A DNA stretch of 64,000 nt from an uncultured Blastochloridaceae bacterium (GTDB taxonomy: Bacteria; Verrucomicrobiota; Verrucomicrobiia; Methylacidiphilales; JBCBYL01), in the NCBI GenBank assembly GCA_964351865.1, contig CAYGPJ010000014.1, positions 35,556-99,555 of the forward strand, given 5' to 3'. The position numbers were made by a program, and so were the translations under genes. Below the pieces are notes generated by a model, which saw nothing but the letters and a program-made list of their open reading frames with translations, ran no database searches and had not been told where the DNA came from. Of this stretch, positions 1 to 9,048 are shown piece by piece (within the stretch, counting starts at the first letter, position 1; each line of letters begins with the position of its first letter).

Positions 1-919
1 TGTGTATGATGCCGTTTTATAATTGTGAACAGAAGCACCCACTCGATAACGCGTTTTTAAGATACTGCAATCACTTCTGGTTTCAGCACCTCAACTGGCT
101 GTTCAATGCCAAGGGACTCCACTTGTTTAAGAGTCGCTTCCGCCACCGTGGAAGATCTATGTTCACCGTGTGTTATCCCAAAACCAGTATCGGTGGCTTG
201 TGGTCAGCCTTCCTGTTGTGGGAATTGTCCTCGGTGCTCACTCCGGCAGCACTGCTTAAGCGGTGCATGCGTAACGTCTCGGCCTCTCGATTTTAAATCT
301 ACTCGACCCGTAATATCTTTGCTTTTGGAGAAGAGATCTGAGCGCCAGATTTTAATCCGACGAGCAGGGAACCCAGTGGAGAGTCGAGACTCAGCACCGT
401 GACTTCGGTGTCCTCTACAGTGACCTCCAACCCGCCAGCAACGGGAGCCAGTAAGAACCAGGCGCTCTCGGTGGCAAACTCGACCTGCACCAGCGCAGAG
501 ATATCGATCGGGGTAGTGGAGTCAAAGGCTTCTATCCGCATATTCTGGAATACGGACAAGTCAGCAATTGCTGCCTGTGCCTGTCGGGCAAAGCCGTCCG
601 CCAGATAGTTTTCTTCGGTCGATCGGGTATCGTATTTCCCTTAAGACTGGCTTTGGTCATCATTCCCTGCGGAGCGAGTTTTGCGGGAGGACTCTTGTAG
701 CGTTTCTATGTTTTTGCGTAATTCGACCGAGATGGTTTGGATGAGCTTAGTCTTGTTCATGTATCAGGAAAAATATGTTAGGAATTCTGAAAGAATATTC
801 AGATCCTTGTTGGGTTTCAGCGTTTTCATTTGGCGTGGTAGCTTAGCGAGAATGCGCATGACGTGGCGGGCGCAGAAAGCGGGGCGGCCATGAAGAACGA
901 ATCTAACATCAACTGATTA

Positions 920-2413
920 TTAGTCGGTTATTTTACTTTCAAAACTCAAGGGGCCGGGATGATTGATGGATGAGGCGTTGGTGGCGTCGCCGGGCATTTC
1001 TAAATGCACGGAATCCGAATAACTGCTGGTACCGTTCGGGATCACTTTACCGTTGATGATGCGTGCCGGTTCATGTCGGTGGGGAGTTGGGTTCTCAGGA
1101 ATCGTATCGCCGGTTTGTTGCGTCCACCGCGCGATGAGTTGTCGCCCGAGCTCCAGATAATTTTTAGAATCGGGATCATCCGCGAGATTGGTGAGTTGGT
1201 GGGGATCGGTGCTGAGTCGGAACAGCTCCTCACTCGGCCCGGGGTCGACGAATAGCTGTTGTTGGGTCGGAGTGGTTTTGCCTGCCACGTGGGCCTGCCA
1301 CAGTTCTTTTCCAGCTGGAAAGTGAGGCTCAGATTCGAGCGCCCCGTTCGGTTGCTCCGGGGTATTATTTTTAATGTAGGTGAAGTCGCCAAAACGCACC
1401 ATCCGCGAGTGATCGGAATAAACGTGCCAGTTCTGTTCCGCAAAGGCCAATTCACGCACGACGGCTGTCGGATCTTTGAGGATCGGCACAAAACTCTGGC
1501 CCTGGACGAATTCAGGCTGCTCCAATCCTGCCAGCTCCAGACAGGTAGCACTCAGGTCGATTGAGCTGATCAAACTTTTCGTTACGGATGCGCTTCGAAT
1601 CAACTGGGGGTAATGGACGACCCAAGGCGTTTTGATACCACTGTCGTAGAGGCGGGATTTGTCACGGGGAAAAGGTCTGCCATTATCGGAAGCGACCACA
1701 ATCAGCGTGTTCTCCAGAATTCCTTGTCGCTCTAATTCTGCCACGACGGCACCGATGTAGTAATCGAAACGACTGACTTCATGATAGTAGTGAGCCAGGT
1801 CTTCGCGTGTGATTTTGGTATCCGCCATATAAGGTGGAACGATGATGTCATCAGTGTTGTATACGGGAGCGTGTTCGGTCTGCTGCCAACCCCGATGAGC
1901 ATCTCTGGAGGCGAGCCAGAAAAAGAAGGGTTGATCCAGCGGGCGGTTCCGCACGTGAGCGACCCAATCGTCAGATCCACCGGATCCGCCGCCTTTGGTG
2001 ATTTGGTTGAAAGCGCGATCCGGATTTTTGAACATATGGTTCTTGCCGGAGAGCACGGTGAAATAGCCGGCGTCTTTTAAGAGTTCAGGAAAACGGATTT
2101 GAGATTCCGGCAGCAGGGCATGGAGTTCCGGTGCGCCGGTATTGTGAGGATAGCGGCCGGTTATGATACTGCATCGGCTCGGACTGCAGCTGCTGGTGGT
2201 CAGATAGGCATTGTCAAATCGCATACCATGTAACGCCAATCTATCGATATGTGGGGTTTGGATAATGGGGTGTCCGTAACAACCAATATCCTCCTGGGAG
2301 ATATCGTCTGAGATGAAAAATATAATGTTCGGGGGTGGGGTTTCCGGTGGGGTAACAGACTTACTACAACCAATCAGCAGCAGGATTAAAAGATAAGGTG
2401 TTGCCGACTTCAT
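920..2413 (-). CDS. Sulfatase (arylsulfatase family), lipoprotein
   Basis: 497-aa ORF; N-terminal lipoprotein signal (LLILLLIGCSKS); sulfatase signature C-S-P-S-R (formylglycine site) in 'TTSSCSPSRCSIITGRYPHNTG'; metal-binding 'FFISDDIS' N-terminal motif. Confidence 0.9.
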   Translation of the reverse strand: MKSATPYLLILLLIGCSKSVTPPETPPPNIIFFISDDISQEDIGCYGHPIIQTPHIDRLALHGMRFDNAYLTTSSCSPSRCSIITGRYPHNTGAPELHALLPESQIRFPELLKDAGYFTVLSGKNHMFKNPDRAFNQITKGGGSGGSDDWVAHVRNRPLDQPFFFWLASRDAHRGWQQTEHAPVYNTDDIIVPPYMADTKITREDLAHYYHEVSRFDYYIGAVVAELERQGILENTLIVVASDNGRPFPRDKSRLYDSGIKTPWVVHYPQLIRSASVTKSLISSIDLSATCLELAGLEQPEFVQGQSFVPILKDPTAVVRELAFAEQNWHVYSDHSRMVRFGDFTYIKNNTPEQPNGALESEPHFPAGKELWQAHVAGKTTPTQQQLFVDPGPSEELFRLSTDPHQLTNLADDPDSKNYLELGRQLIARWTQQTGDTIPENPTPHRHEPARIINGKVIPNGTSSYSDSVHLEMPGDATNASSINHPGPLSFESKITD

Positions 2414-2564
2414 AGCGAAGCAGCCTCAACTTCCAGTGCATCCTTGTCAATGGTTAATTTTCAATAAACCGTTTTGCTTGCAGCGTATTCATGTGGCGTA
2501 GGCGCTCGCGGTGGTGTTTTGGTATATGGGCAAAAGAAAATAAGATGATACGATTAATGATCGC

Positions 2565-2894
2565 ATGAGTATATTTTGGCCTTCAGTGAGCAAACGGGAA
2601 TCCATTTGTTATGTGCATATGGTGCTGGCATTTACTCCATTAGCATTCACGCCATTATGGCTTTATCTGCTGGGAGAGGGATGGGTGAAATTTGGGGGAG
2701 GATGTAAGGATGTGGTTCTGATCTTGCCGTATATGATCTGGGCTTTGTTTTTTGGATTTTCATCCATGGCGCTGATACTCAAGCGCTGGCCGTTGCGCGC
2801 GTGGTTGATAGTTGCCAACGTGATTGCAATAGCCTCAGTGTTGGTGCCCGGAAAAAGGGGTCAGGTGACGATATTGACAGTTTCAAACCATTGA
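2565..2894 (+). CDS. Hypothetical small membrane protein; 3' end overlaps an inverted copy of the transposon-flanking repeat
   Basis: 109-aa ORF with about 3 hydrophobic segments; last 10 codons are encoded by the 19-bp element 'aaaggggtcaggtgacgat' (2855-2873). No recognisable family. Confidence 0.3.
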   Translation: MSIFWPSVSKRESICYVHMVLAFTPLAFTPLWLYLLGEGWVKFGGGCKDVVLILPYMIWALFFGFSSMALILKRWPLRAWLIVANVIAIASVLVPGKRGQVTILTVSNH

Positions 2895-3017
2895 AGTCGT
2901 CTAATTCGTTGACTGCCATTCGAGTCAATCCCGATCCCGACTGGGTCCGGTGATCTATATTCAATCTGCGGTTGGCTCGGCATAAGTCATATTCAAACTA
3001 AGATGCAAATTCTGTCA

Positions 3018-3068
3018 AGATCGTCACCTGACCCCTTTCTCCAAAGATCGTCACCTGACCCCTTTCTC
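3018..3068 (+). repeat. Perfect 25-bp tandem direct repeat (2 copies, 'aagatcgtcacctgacccctttctc') immediately upstream of transposase remnant; 19-bp inverted copy at 2855-2873
   Basis: Read directly: 3018-3042 and 3044-3068 are identical; the reverse complement of the core occurs at 2855-2873. Confidence 0.85.
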
Positions 3069-3075
3069 GACCCAT

Positions 3076-3831
3076 CTGTATCTTGAAACGCCGCAGGGTA
3101 ATCTCAGCCAAGCGATGAGCTGGCTGCAGACAACGTTCACCATCCGTTACAATCGAAAGAAAAAGCGTGTAGGTCATTTGTTTCAAGGACGCTACAAGGC
3201 TCAATTGGTCGAGGACGATCACTACGGGCAGGAATTGATCGAATACATTCATTTGAATCCAATTCGCAAACGAAAGAACGGTCGGGTGATTCAGTTCGGC
3301 GACTGGGAGCAATTGATAAACTACCCATGGAGCAGTCATTTCCAGTATAGTCGTAGCGAGGAAGATTCACGAGTGCCCGTGAACGTTAAATATTTAAAGT
3401 TCTGGGGAAAAGATGAAACAACCGGACGTGCGGCATACCGCAAAAGCTTGAGGAAGCTGGTGACCAATGACGTTCCAGTGGATCCATTTACTGAAATTCA
3501 GGAAAGTCTGGCGATGGGGAGTAAAGATTTCCTCAAGAAAGCAAAAGAGATGGTGGCCGCCAAATCAGGCAAAACCGAAAAAAAGAAAAAGAAGCGCTGG
3601 CAGGCGGTAGATCGTGAAGCGGAAATTAGAAAACGACTCAATAAAGAACGGATAAACGGGTGATGATCTGGGCATTGGTTAGCCTGGCAGGAGTTTCAGG
3701 GGTGAAGTTGGCAAGTGAATTTGGGTATGGGGACGGCAGTGGAATTTACCGTGTGGTGCAGCGATTGAATAAAAAGGCCCAGCACGATGAAGTGCTGTAT
3801 AAGAAGTTGGAAGCGCTGAAAAATCAGTCAA
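3076..3831 (+). pseudogene. Degenerate COG1943 (RayT / IS200-like Y1) transposase-like gene with C-terminal DnaA_C-like HTH; N-terminally truncated and frameshifted near 3660
   Basis: Frame 1 (to 3663) encodes 'LETPQGNLSQAMSWLQTTFTIRYNRKKKRVGHLFQGRYKAQLVEDDHYGQELIEYIHLNPIRK', the conserved core of the RayT/IS200-like family. The HUH N-terminal part is missing. After a frame change at about 3660 the sequence continues as 'LASEFGYGDGSGIYRVVQRLNKKAQHDEVLYKKLEAL', which resembles a DnaA C-terminal-type HTH. The antisense ORF 2998-3339 is spurious. Confidence 0.6.
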
Positions 3832-3920
3832 GAGTCAAGCCACGACCCCGAAGAAGAGTCAAGCCACGACCCCGAAGAGACCCCGAAGAGAGGTGTAAGA
3901 GTCAAGCCACGACCCCGAAG
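3829..3920 (+). repeat. Three tandem copies of a 20-mer 'gtcaagccacgaccccgaag' (REP-like); fourth copy at 5526-5550
   Basis: Copies at 3832-3851, 3858-3877 and 3901-3920. A variant 'gtcaagcctcgaccccg' sits at 5531-5547. The ORF 3660-3950 that 'encodes' RVKPRPRR repeats is an artefact of this DNA repeat. Confidence 0.8.
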
Positions 3921-3995
3921 AGGTGTAAAGGTATAAAAGTGGTAAGGTAGGAAAGTGGCAGCTCAATGCTAGCTCTCCCGTCATTTACCAATCAG

Positions 3996-4724
3996 CTACT
4001 TAGACGTAATCTCCTGAAGCCAGGCGATGAATTTTTCGGGTTGGCTCTTATGTCCACCTCCCGGAATTTCTTCGGTTTTGAGTTCCTTGGCTTTGAAGTC
4101 TTCTTCCAGATATTTGGCCAGGGCCGGATTCTGTTTCCCTGTCAGCGGGGCATCGTTGTCGCTCCAGAACATGTAGATGGGCTGCCGTTTCCAGCGGCTG
4201 GCAAGATCGACGCGCTCCGGGCAATTAGCGCTGCGGTAACACATGGCGGTGAAAACCTTATCATATTCCTCAGCTATGATCATCCATCCGGCATAACCTC
4301 CTCCACTATGGGCAGTGTACACCACCCAGTCCTCATCGTATTCCAGACTGTCCGTCACTCGCTCGATAACTTCCTCGAGGTAATCGACATCCTCAGGAAT
4401 GTGTTTGGAGTGTCGGGAAGAGCGCAAATCAAGGGTAACGGCAATGAAAGGAAATTTCTCAGCACGGTCTTTCCACTGATTCATTTCTTTAGTGGCGGAT
4501 CCCCCATTGGGATGGCCGAAGAAAACCAGTGGTAGGGGACCTTCTTTACCGTAGGCGGTGGGGAGGTAGACAGAAAACTGGTTGTCTTCTGTTCGAGCTT
4601 CCACCGTATACGTCTCCAGTCCTGGCTCAGTCTGCAGTTTATCAGCTGCATGCACGCCTGTGGTAATCATCAGGAGTGCAGTAATCCATGTGGTCCATTG
4701 ACGGCTAGTGGAGTGATAATACAT
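3996..4724 (-). CDS. Secreted alpha/beta-hydrolase fold esterase (dienelactone hydrolase / PHB-depolymerase-like)
   Basis: 242 aa; signal peptide; 'FFGHPNGG' oxyanion-region-like motif and 'TAHSGGGYAG' nucleophile elbow (G-x-S-x-G). Confidence 0.6.
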   Translation of the reverse strand: MYYHSTSRQWTTWITALLMITTGVHAADKLQTEPGLETYTVEARTEDNQFSVYLPTAYGKEGPLPLVFFGHPNGGSATKEMNQWKDRAEKFPFIAVTLDLRSSRHSKHIPEDVDYLEEVIERVTDSLEYDEDWVVYTAHSGGGYAGWMIIAEEYDKVFTAMCYRSANCPERVDLASRWKRQPIYMFWSDNDAPLTGKQNPALAKYLEEDFKAKELKTEEIPGGGHKSQPEKFIAWLQEITSK

Positions 4725-4834
4725 GCGGAATCTTTAACTAGAGAGCTGAGGTTGTAAATAGAAGAAAAATTGAGATCACGAAGTGCCAATATAACCGCAT
4801 TGACAATATGTCTCTATTAATATAGACATAAATA

Positions 4835-5074
4835 GTGAAAGCGAAGATTGTGGATCTGCGATACCGCACCAAAGATGTTCTCGCTTCCCTGGAGCGTGGC
4901 GAGTCGGTGGAAATTACCAGTCACGGTAAATTGAAGGGGGTTATTGAGCCGGTCAAATCATCGGACAGTAAGAAATCCATGCGCGTGCAGGAGCATCCGA
5001 TGTTTGGCAGCGTGCCAGATAAGAAGAGTGTGGATGAGATAATTGATGCGCTGCGTGGTGCTCGTTATTCCTGA
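4835..5074 (+). CDS. Type II antitoxin (Phd/YefM-VapB-like)
   Basis: 79 aa, GTG start. The N-terminal '[35 protein letters not shown]' matches the antitoxin beta-alpha fold pattern. It ends 3 bp before the start of the PIN toxin gene. Confidence 0.6.
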   Translation: MKAKIVDLRYRTKDVLASLERGESVEITSHGKLKGVIEPVKSSDSKKSMRVQEHPMFGSVPDKKSVDEIIDALRGARYS

Positions 5075-5076
5075 CT

Positions 5077-5457
5077 ATGCTGTTTGATACAGACATCCTG
5101 ACTTGGGTGCAGCGTGGTAGCGAGAAAGCCGCCAATGTGATCAATCGATCCGAAAAGCGGACCATTTCTCTGGTCAGCTATCTGGAATTCATTCAGGGGG
5201 CACGGGATCAGAAACACCTGAAGTTGAATCGGGATTTTCTAAAGACACTTGAATTCTCAGTCGTGCCACTCGATGAACAGATTGGCCATCGCGCTGCTAT
5301 TTACATCGAATCGTATGGGCTGTCCCACCACACGCGCATGGCAGATGCCCTGATAGCAGCGACCGCAGTCGAATCCGGCTTAACCCTCTGCACGGCCAAT
5401 GCGAAGCATTACCGGCAAATACCAGAGTTAGAGCTGAAGGTTTTGAAATTAGGGTAG
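5077..5457 (+). CDS. vapC: PIN-domain toxin VapC
   Basis: 126 aa; 'MLFDTDIL' N-terminal acidic motif typical of PIN domains; immediately follows the antitoxin. Confidence 0.75.
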   Translation: MLFDTDILTWVQRGSEKAANVINRSEKRTISLVSYLEFIQGARDQKHLKLNRDFLKTLEFSVVPLDEQIGHRAAIYIESYGLSHHTRMADALIAATAVESGLTLCTANAKHYRQIPELELKVLKLG

Positions 5458-5745
5458 GTTATTTTACAGGGGAAAAGAAATAGGGGTGGAACAAAAATAG
5501 GTCTGTCCACTAAGTTTCTCAAATGCGTCAAGAGTCAAGCCTCGACCCCGTTGATAAGAGATACAAGATTAGTTTCAAAACAGGGTTCTGACATGAATGG
5601 CATTCTATACACTTCCGGAACTGTCATACGGAATCGATTTGGTTCAGCAAATTCTATGAATTTGAGTGAAAATGAACGACGAAATGCAATTTCATCCTAC
5701 AGAGCTGACGCCAGTGGCGATCGTTACCTATCAGGGAAACCGCTT

Positions 5746-6702
5746 CTATTCAAAAGAGATAAATTGATCAAGTAAGGGGCTTTTGCGGATGCGCTGGATT
5801 CTATGAGTATAGCGATCCACTTTCTCACGCTGAATTTCCAGCAGTCCCCATTCTTCCAGGGGCTCCAACACATAAATGTTTAACAATTTGTCAGGGGTAA
5901 AATAGGTTACCCCGGATAGGTCGGATTCAAGTTGGGCCAGTGCCATGGGATGCAGTAATTGTTGGCATAGTTGGTCGGCCTCGATCCATGTTGCACCTCG
6001 ATCCTGCAGCGGCTTGAGTGCGTATGGAACTTCGTATTGCAGCCAGTCCAATTCAGGACGCAATCGAGTGCGGTAACCGATGTTGAATTTAGTGAAATAG
6101 GTCAGGAATAGTTGTCGGTAGAGTTTTCCGGCGGATTCTTCCTTGAGGAGGGGTAGTGACTTTTTACGGACCGAGTAGTGTCCTTTGCTGATGCCGATCA
6201 ACCCGCTGAGTTTGCAGATGATGCGGGCAATATGCAGGGGAAACACATCTTCTTCGTTGAGGACCTTATGGTACGAAAGAACTTGTTCCTTGGTTTTTGT
6301 ATCGAAAAAGACATCGACCATCTCGGTGACGAATCCCCGAGTGAAGTTGCCTTTGGGAGTCGATTTGACCCGTCCTGTTTCATGCAGGGCTAGTAGAAAT
6401 TGGCGAATGCGGATGAAACTTTTGGAACCGCTCAGTTCATCGATGGTCAGTTGATCTGAGAATTGAAGGGGGCTTTCCGGACTTCCCATGGGGTGATTGT
6501 ATAAGGTGTGTAGCATCTTGGGACTGAACCCGCCCATCGTTGCCTGGGAAGTGTTATTGTAATCCTGCACGATGGCATCCAGGGCTGCCTGAATGTCTTG
6601 TGGAGCCGAGGCTTCCTCCTGATCCAGCACCTGTTTCAGTTGTGCTCTCAATTCAGGAGGTAGACCACCTCCTTCGGCGGGGTTCGAATTAAATTGAATC
6701 AC
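5746..6702 (-). CDS. Hypothetical protein
   Basis: 318-aa ORF with coding-like composition; no recognisable motifs. Confidence 0.45.
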   Translation of the reverse strand: MIQFNSNPAEGGGLPPELRAQLKQVLDQEEASAPQDIQAALDAIVQDYNNTSQATMGGFSPKMLHTLYNHPMGSPESPLQFSDQLTIDELSGSKSFIRIRQFLLALHETGRVKSTPKGNFTRGFVTEMVDVFFDTKTKEQVLSYHKVLNEEDVFPLHIARIICKLSGLIGISKGHYSVRKKSLPLLKEESAGKLYRQLFLTYFTKFNIGYRTRLRPELDWLQYEVPYALKPLQDRGATWIEADQLCQQLLHPMALAQLESDLSGVTYFTPDKLLNIYVLEPLEEWGLLEIQREKVDRYTHRIQRIRKSPLLDQFISFE

Positions 6703-6760
6703 GCCTTTGAGTGTACCAAAGAGGCTGGCCTTGGATCAAAGAATATGAGAAATTTTTTGC

Positions 6761-7414
6761 ATGGATGACCTTAAAGTGTTCATCTCAAATCGTGACCCGA
6801 GCTGTGGGGAGTGCGGCAAAGTACTCGACCATCACCCGTGGATTACCCTGCAAGGGGAGCAGGCTTTATGTCTGGAATGCGCGGATTTAGATCATCTGGT
6901 CTTTCTTCCGGCGGGCAATACCGCGTTGACACGTCGAGCTCGAAAATACTCTACCCTGTGTGCAGTGGTTCTCAAGTGGAGTCGCGCCCGGAAACACTAT
7001 GAGCGGCAGGGATTGCTTGTTGAGGAAGCCGCGCTGGATCAGGCGGAGCAGGAGTGCGCTGGTGATGAAGCAGAGCGCAGTGCTTTACGGGAAAAGGCAG
7101 CCGAGCGCCGGGAGGCGCTGGATCGTGAGTTTATTAAAGCGTTCGGTCAGACGATTCGTGAGCAATTCCCGGGTTGTCCGCCGGAGCGGGAATATGAAAT
7201 TGCCCGCCACGCCTGCCAGAAATATTCCGGCAGAATTGGTCGTAGTTCTGCCGCCCGTGAATTGGACCCTCAGGCCGTGCGTCTGGCGGTGATCGCGCAT
7301 ATCCGCCATCAGGAGACGGAGTATGATGCGCTTCTTATGCGGGGATTGGATCGTATGGAAGCGCGGGCACGGATTCAGGATGATCTGAATCAGGTAGTTC
7401 GGGATTGGGAATAA
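6761..7414 (+). CDS. DUF2293-family protein (Zn-ribbon-like N-terminus CGxCG...CLxC)
   Basis: 217 aa; N-terminal 'CGECG...CLEC' motif; C-terminal 'IAHIRHQETEYDALLMRGLDRMEARARI' resembles the conserved DUF2293 core. Confidence 0.5.
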   Translation: MDDLKVFISNRDPSCGECGKVLDHHPWITLQGEQALCLECADLDHLVFLPAGNTALTRRARKYSTLCAVVLKWSRARKHYERQGLLVEEAALDQAEQECAGDEAERSALREKAAERREALDREFIKAFGQTIREQFPGCPPEREYEIARHACQKYSGRIGRSSAARELDPQAVRLAVIAHIRHQETEYDALLMRGLDRMEARARIQDDLNQVVRDWE

Positions 7415-7436
7415 AGTCGATTGGACTTCAGGCAGA

Positions 7437-7479
7437 GGGGTAAGGAGTAAGGAGTAAGGATTAAGGATTGTGGATTGGG
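7437..7479 (+). repeat. Heptad direct repeats (taaggag x2, taaggat x2, tgtggat, tgggcgg); related array at 49355-49394
   Basis: Read directly. Shares the 15-mer 'taaggattaaggatt' with the 49355-49394 array. Confidence 0.7.
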
Positions 7480-8005
7480 CGGGAGATAAATAATAAAGGA
7501 GCTGGTTCAACGGGATCAACTCTCGCGCGAAGGCTACTTCAAATGTTTTCGCGAGCGAGCGGCTCGATCCTCATCCATCAAAGAATATGATGGCGGTGTG
7601 ACCTGCCAGGTGAATCCTAATGTTTATAAAGGGGGGGGTGCCTAAAGTTTTTGCAGGATGAGATGGGCTCCATTGTGAATCACAGCACAATGATTGCGTT
7701 GGGTCTGTATTCCGGCTTGGCTATTCGGTTGGTATGAAAAAATCACCTCAAGGGCGATGCTGCTTCATGTTAACGGATCTGGGATCACCGGGTTAGGTGG
7801 GCGAGGCTCCCGCAAAAAATGTGACCATCAGACAAGTCAACTTACTTCATGGCATGAGCTCGCCAGAACCGTCAGGTAGGTCGGCGGTTTGAACGCAACA
7901 TAAAGAAGGTGTCTTTGGTGTATTTCGGGTCCGCAACACACCATTCATTTTAATTAATGATGTGAAATATTTGACAGGTAACGAATTGGCATGACGTTTA
8001 CCTGT

Positions 8006-8500
8006 ATGAAATCAAAAAAATTATTACCAATTATATTAGGATTCGTGGCGGTAGCATTCATCAGTTTACCGGCGGCCAACGCTGAACATCACGAGAAAGA
8101 CATCGTCGATACAGCGGTAGCTGCCGGATCATTTAAAACGCTGGCAGCGGCACTGGATGCGGGTGGATTGATCGATGTCTTGAAAGGGGAAGGACCGTTT
8201 ACCGTATTCGCTCCGACCGATGAAGCCTTCGCCAAGTTGCCGGAAGGAACGGTGGAAACTCTGCTCAAGCCTGAAAATAAGGATAAGTTGGTCTCAATCC
8301 TCACTTATCATGTCGTTCCCGGCAAAGTGATGGCGGCGGATGTCGTTAAACTGACCGAAGCGACCACGGTTCAAGGAACGAGTGTGGATATCAAAGTCAC
8401 AGATGGGACCGTCATGGTGGATGGAGCGAAGGTAATCAAACCCGATATAGCTGCAACTAATGGTGTCATTCATGTCATCGACACGGTGATCATGCCATAA
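8006..8500 (+). CDS. Fasciclin (FAS1) domain protein, secreted
   Basis: Signal peptide [26 protein letters not shown]; '[11 protein letters not shown]', 'LTYHVV', 'NGVIHVID' FAS1 motifs. Confidence 0.9.
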   Translation: MKSKKLLPIILGFVAVAFISLPAANAEHHEKDIVDTAVAAGSFKTLAAALDAGGLIDVLKGEGPFTVFAPTDEAFAKLPEGTVETLLKPENKDKLVSILTYHVVPGKVMAADVVKLTEATTVQGTSVDIKVTDGTVMVDGAKVIKPDIAATNGVIHVIDTVIMP

Positions 8501-8542
8501 GCGATCCTTCAGCCAAAATTATTCGTAAAACAGAACGATCTG

Positions 8543-8585
8543 ATAAGCGGTAGTCCCCAGTGGGCTGCCGCTTATTTATGTGGTG
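8543..8585 (+). terminator. Putative intrinsic terminator after fasciclin gene
   Basis: Stem 'aagcggtagtcc..gggctgccgctt' followed by 'atttatg'. Confidence 0.4.
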
Positions 8586-8597
8586 GTCGTCTACGGC

Positions 8598-8985
8598 GAG
8601 AGTTGCGTCCAAGTACTTGCCTCTAGAGCGTTTCCGAAATATGTTTTAACATGTAGGGCGAGATTGCATCTCGCCAACTTCCATCCCGGCAAGATGCAAG
8701 CTTTAGGCTGCGCCTAAACTAAACAAGTTAGAAAGTTATTTTGGTCGCGCTATCGCGCTGGGTTTTCTTGCCCTACATCTATTTTCCTCTGTTGATCGTG
8801 TGAGAACTTAATTCGGAAAAGCTCTAGTAGTTCGTTGCACGTCTAAAGACGGGTAGGGCGGTTTGTCTCAAACCGCTTTGGGATACGATACCAAATATGA
8901 TATAGAACCCGAAACGGAAACCAGCGCCTTGAGACAAGACGCCCTACCATACCCGTCATCCTATGCGCAACGAACTACTAGTACT
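8598..8985. repeat. Mosaic of non-coding hairpin repeats (families A, C, E)
   Basis: 8650-8675 'catgtagggcgagattgcatctcgcc' (also at 21578-21610). 8688-8779 is family C (also 40883-40998 rc and 63667-63794). 8822-8981 is a family A element: 17-bp terminal IR 'ctagtagttcgttgcac', enclosing a 20-bp inner IR 'ggtagggcg..ttgtctcaa / ttgagacaagacgccctacc'. Confidence 0.8.
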
Positions 8986-9048
8986 TCACAAGTCGCAATT
9001 GGTACGTTCACAGAGTTGCGCTGAAGACGGTTCCCGATATGCTACAGC

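Noticed and set aside
3829-3920. Possible CRISPR array
   Set aside because: There are only 3 closely spaced copies of a 20-mer with irregular 6-23-bp spacing. The repeat is too short, lacks uniform spacers, and no cas genes are nearby.
3660-3950. 96-aa ORF with 'RVKPRPRR' peptide repeats
   Set aside because: The repeats are produced by the tandem 20-mer DNA repeat 'gtcaagccacgaccccgaag'. The first about 55 codons are the out-of-frame C-terminal HTH of the transposase pseudogene. It is not an independent gene.
7420-7990. tRNA or other structured RNA gene in the 570-bp intergenic region
   Set aside because: I found no cloverleaf-compatible segment with a GTTC-type T-loop and 7-bp acceptor pairing on inspection. 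The region is better explained by heptad repeats and a promoter or leader for the fasciclin gene. A covariance-model scan (tRNAscan-SE/Infernal) would be needed to be sure.
8963-9048. N-terminal 29 codons of the adenylate cyclase ORF as predicted by the ORF track
   Set aside because: These codons are encoded by the right-hand terminal inverted repeat of the family A element (8964-8981). An internal ATG at 9049 gives a conventional cyclase N-terminus.
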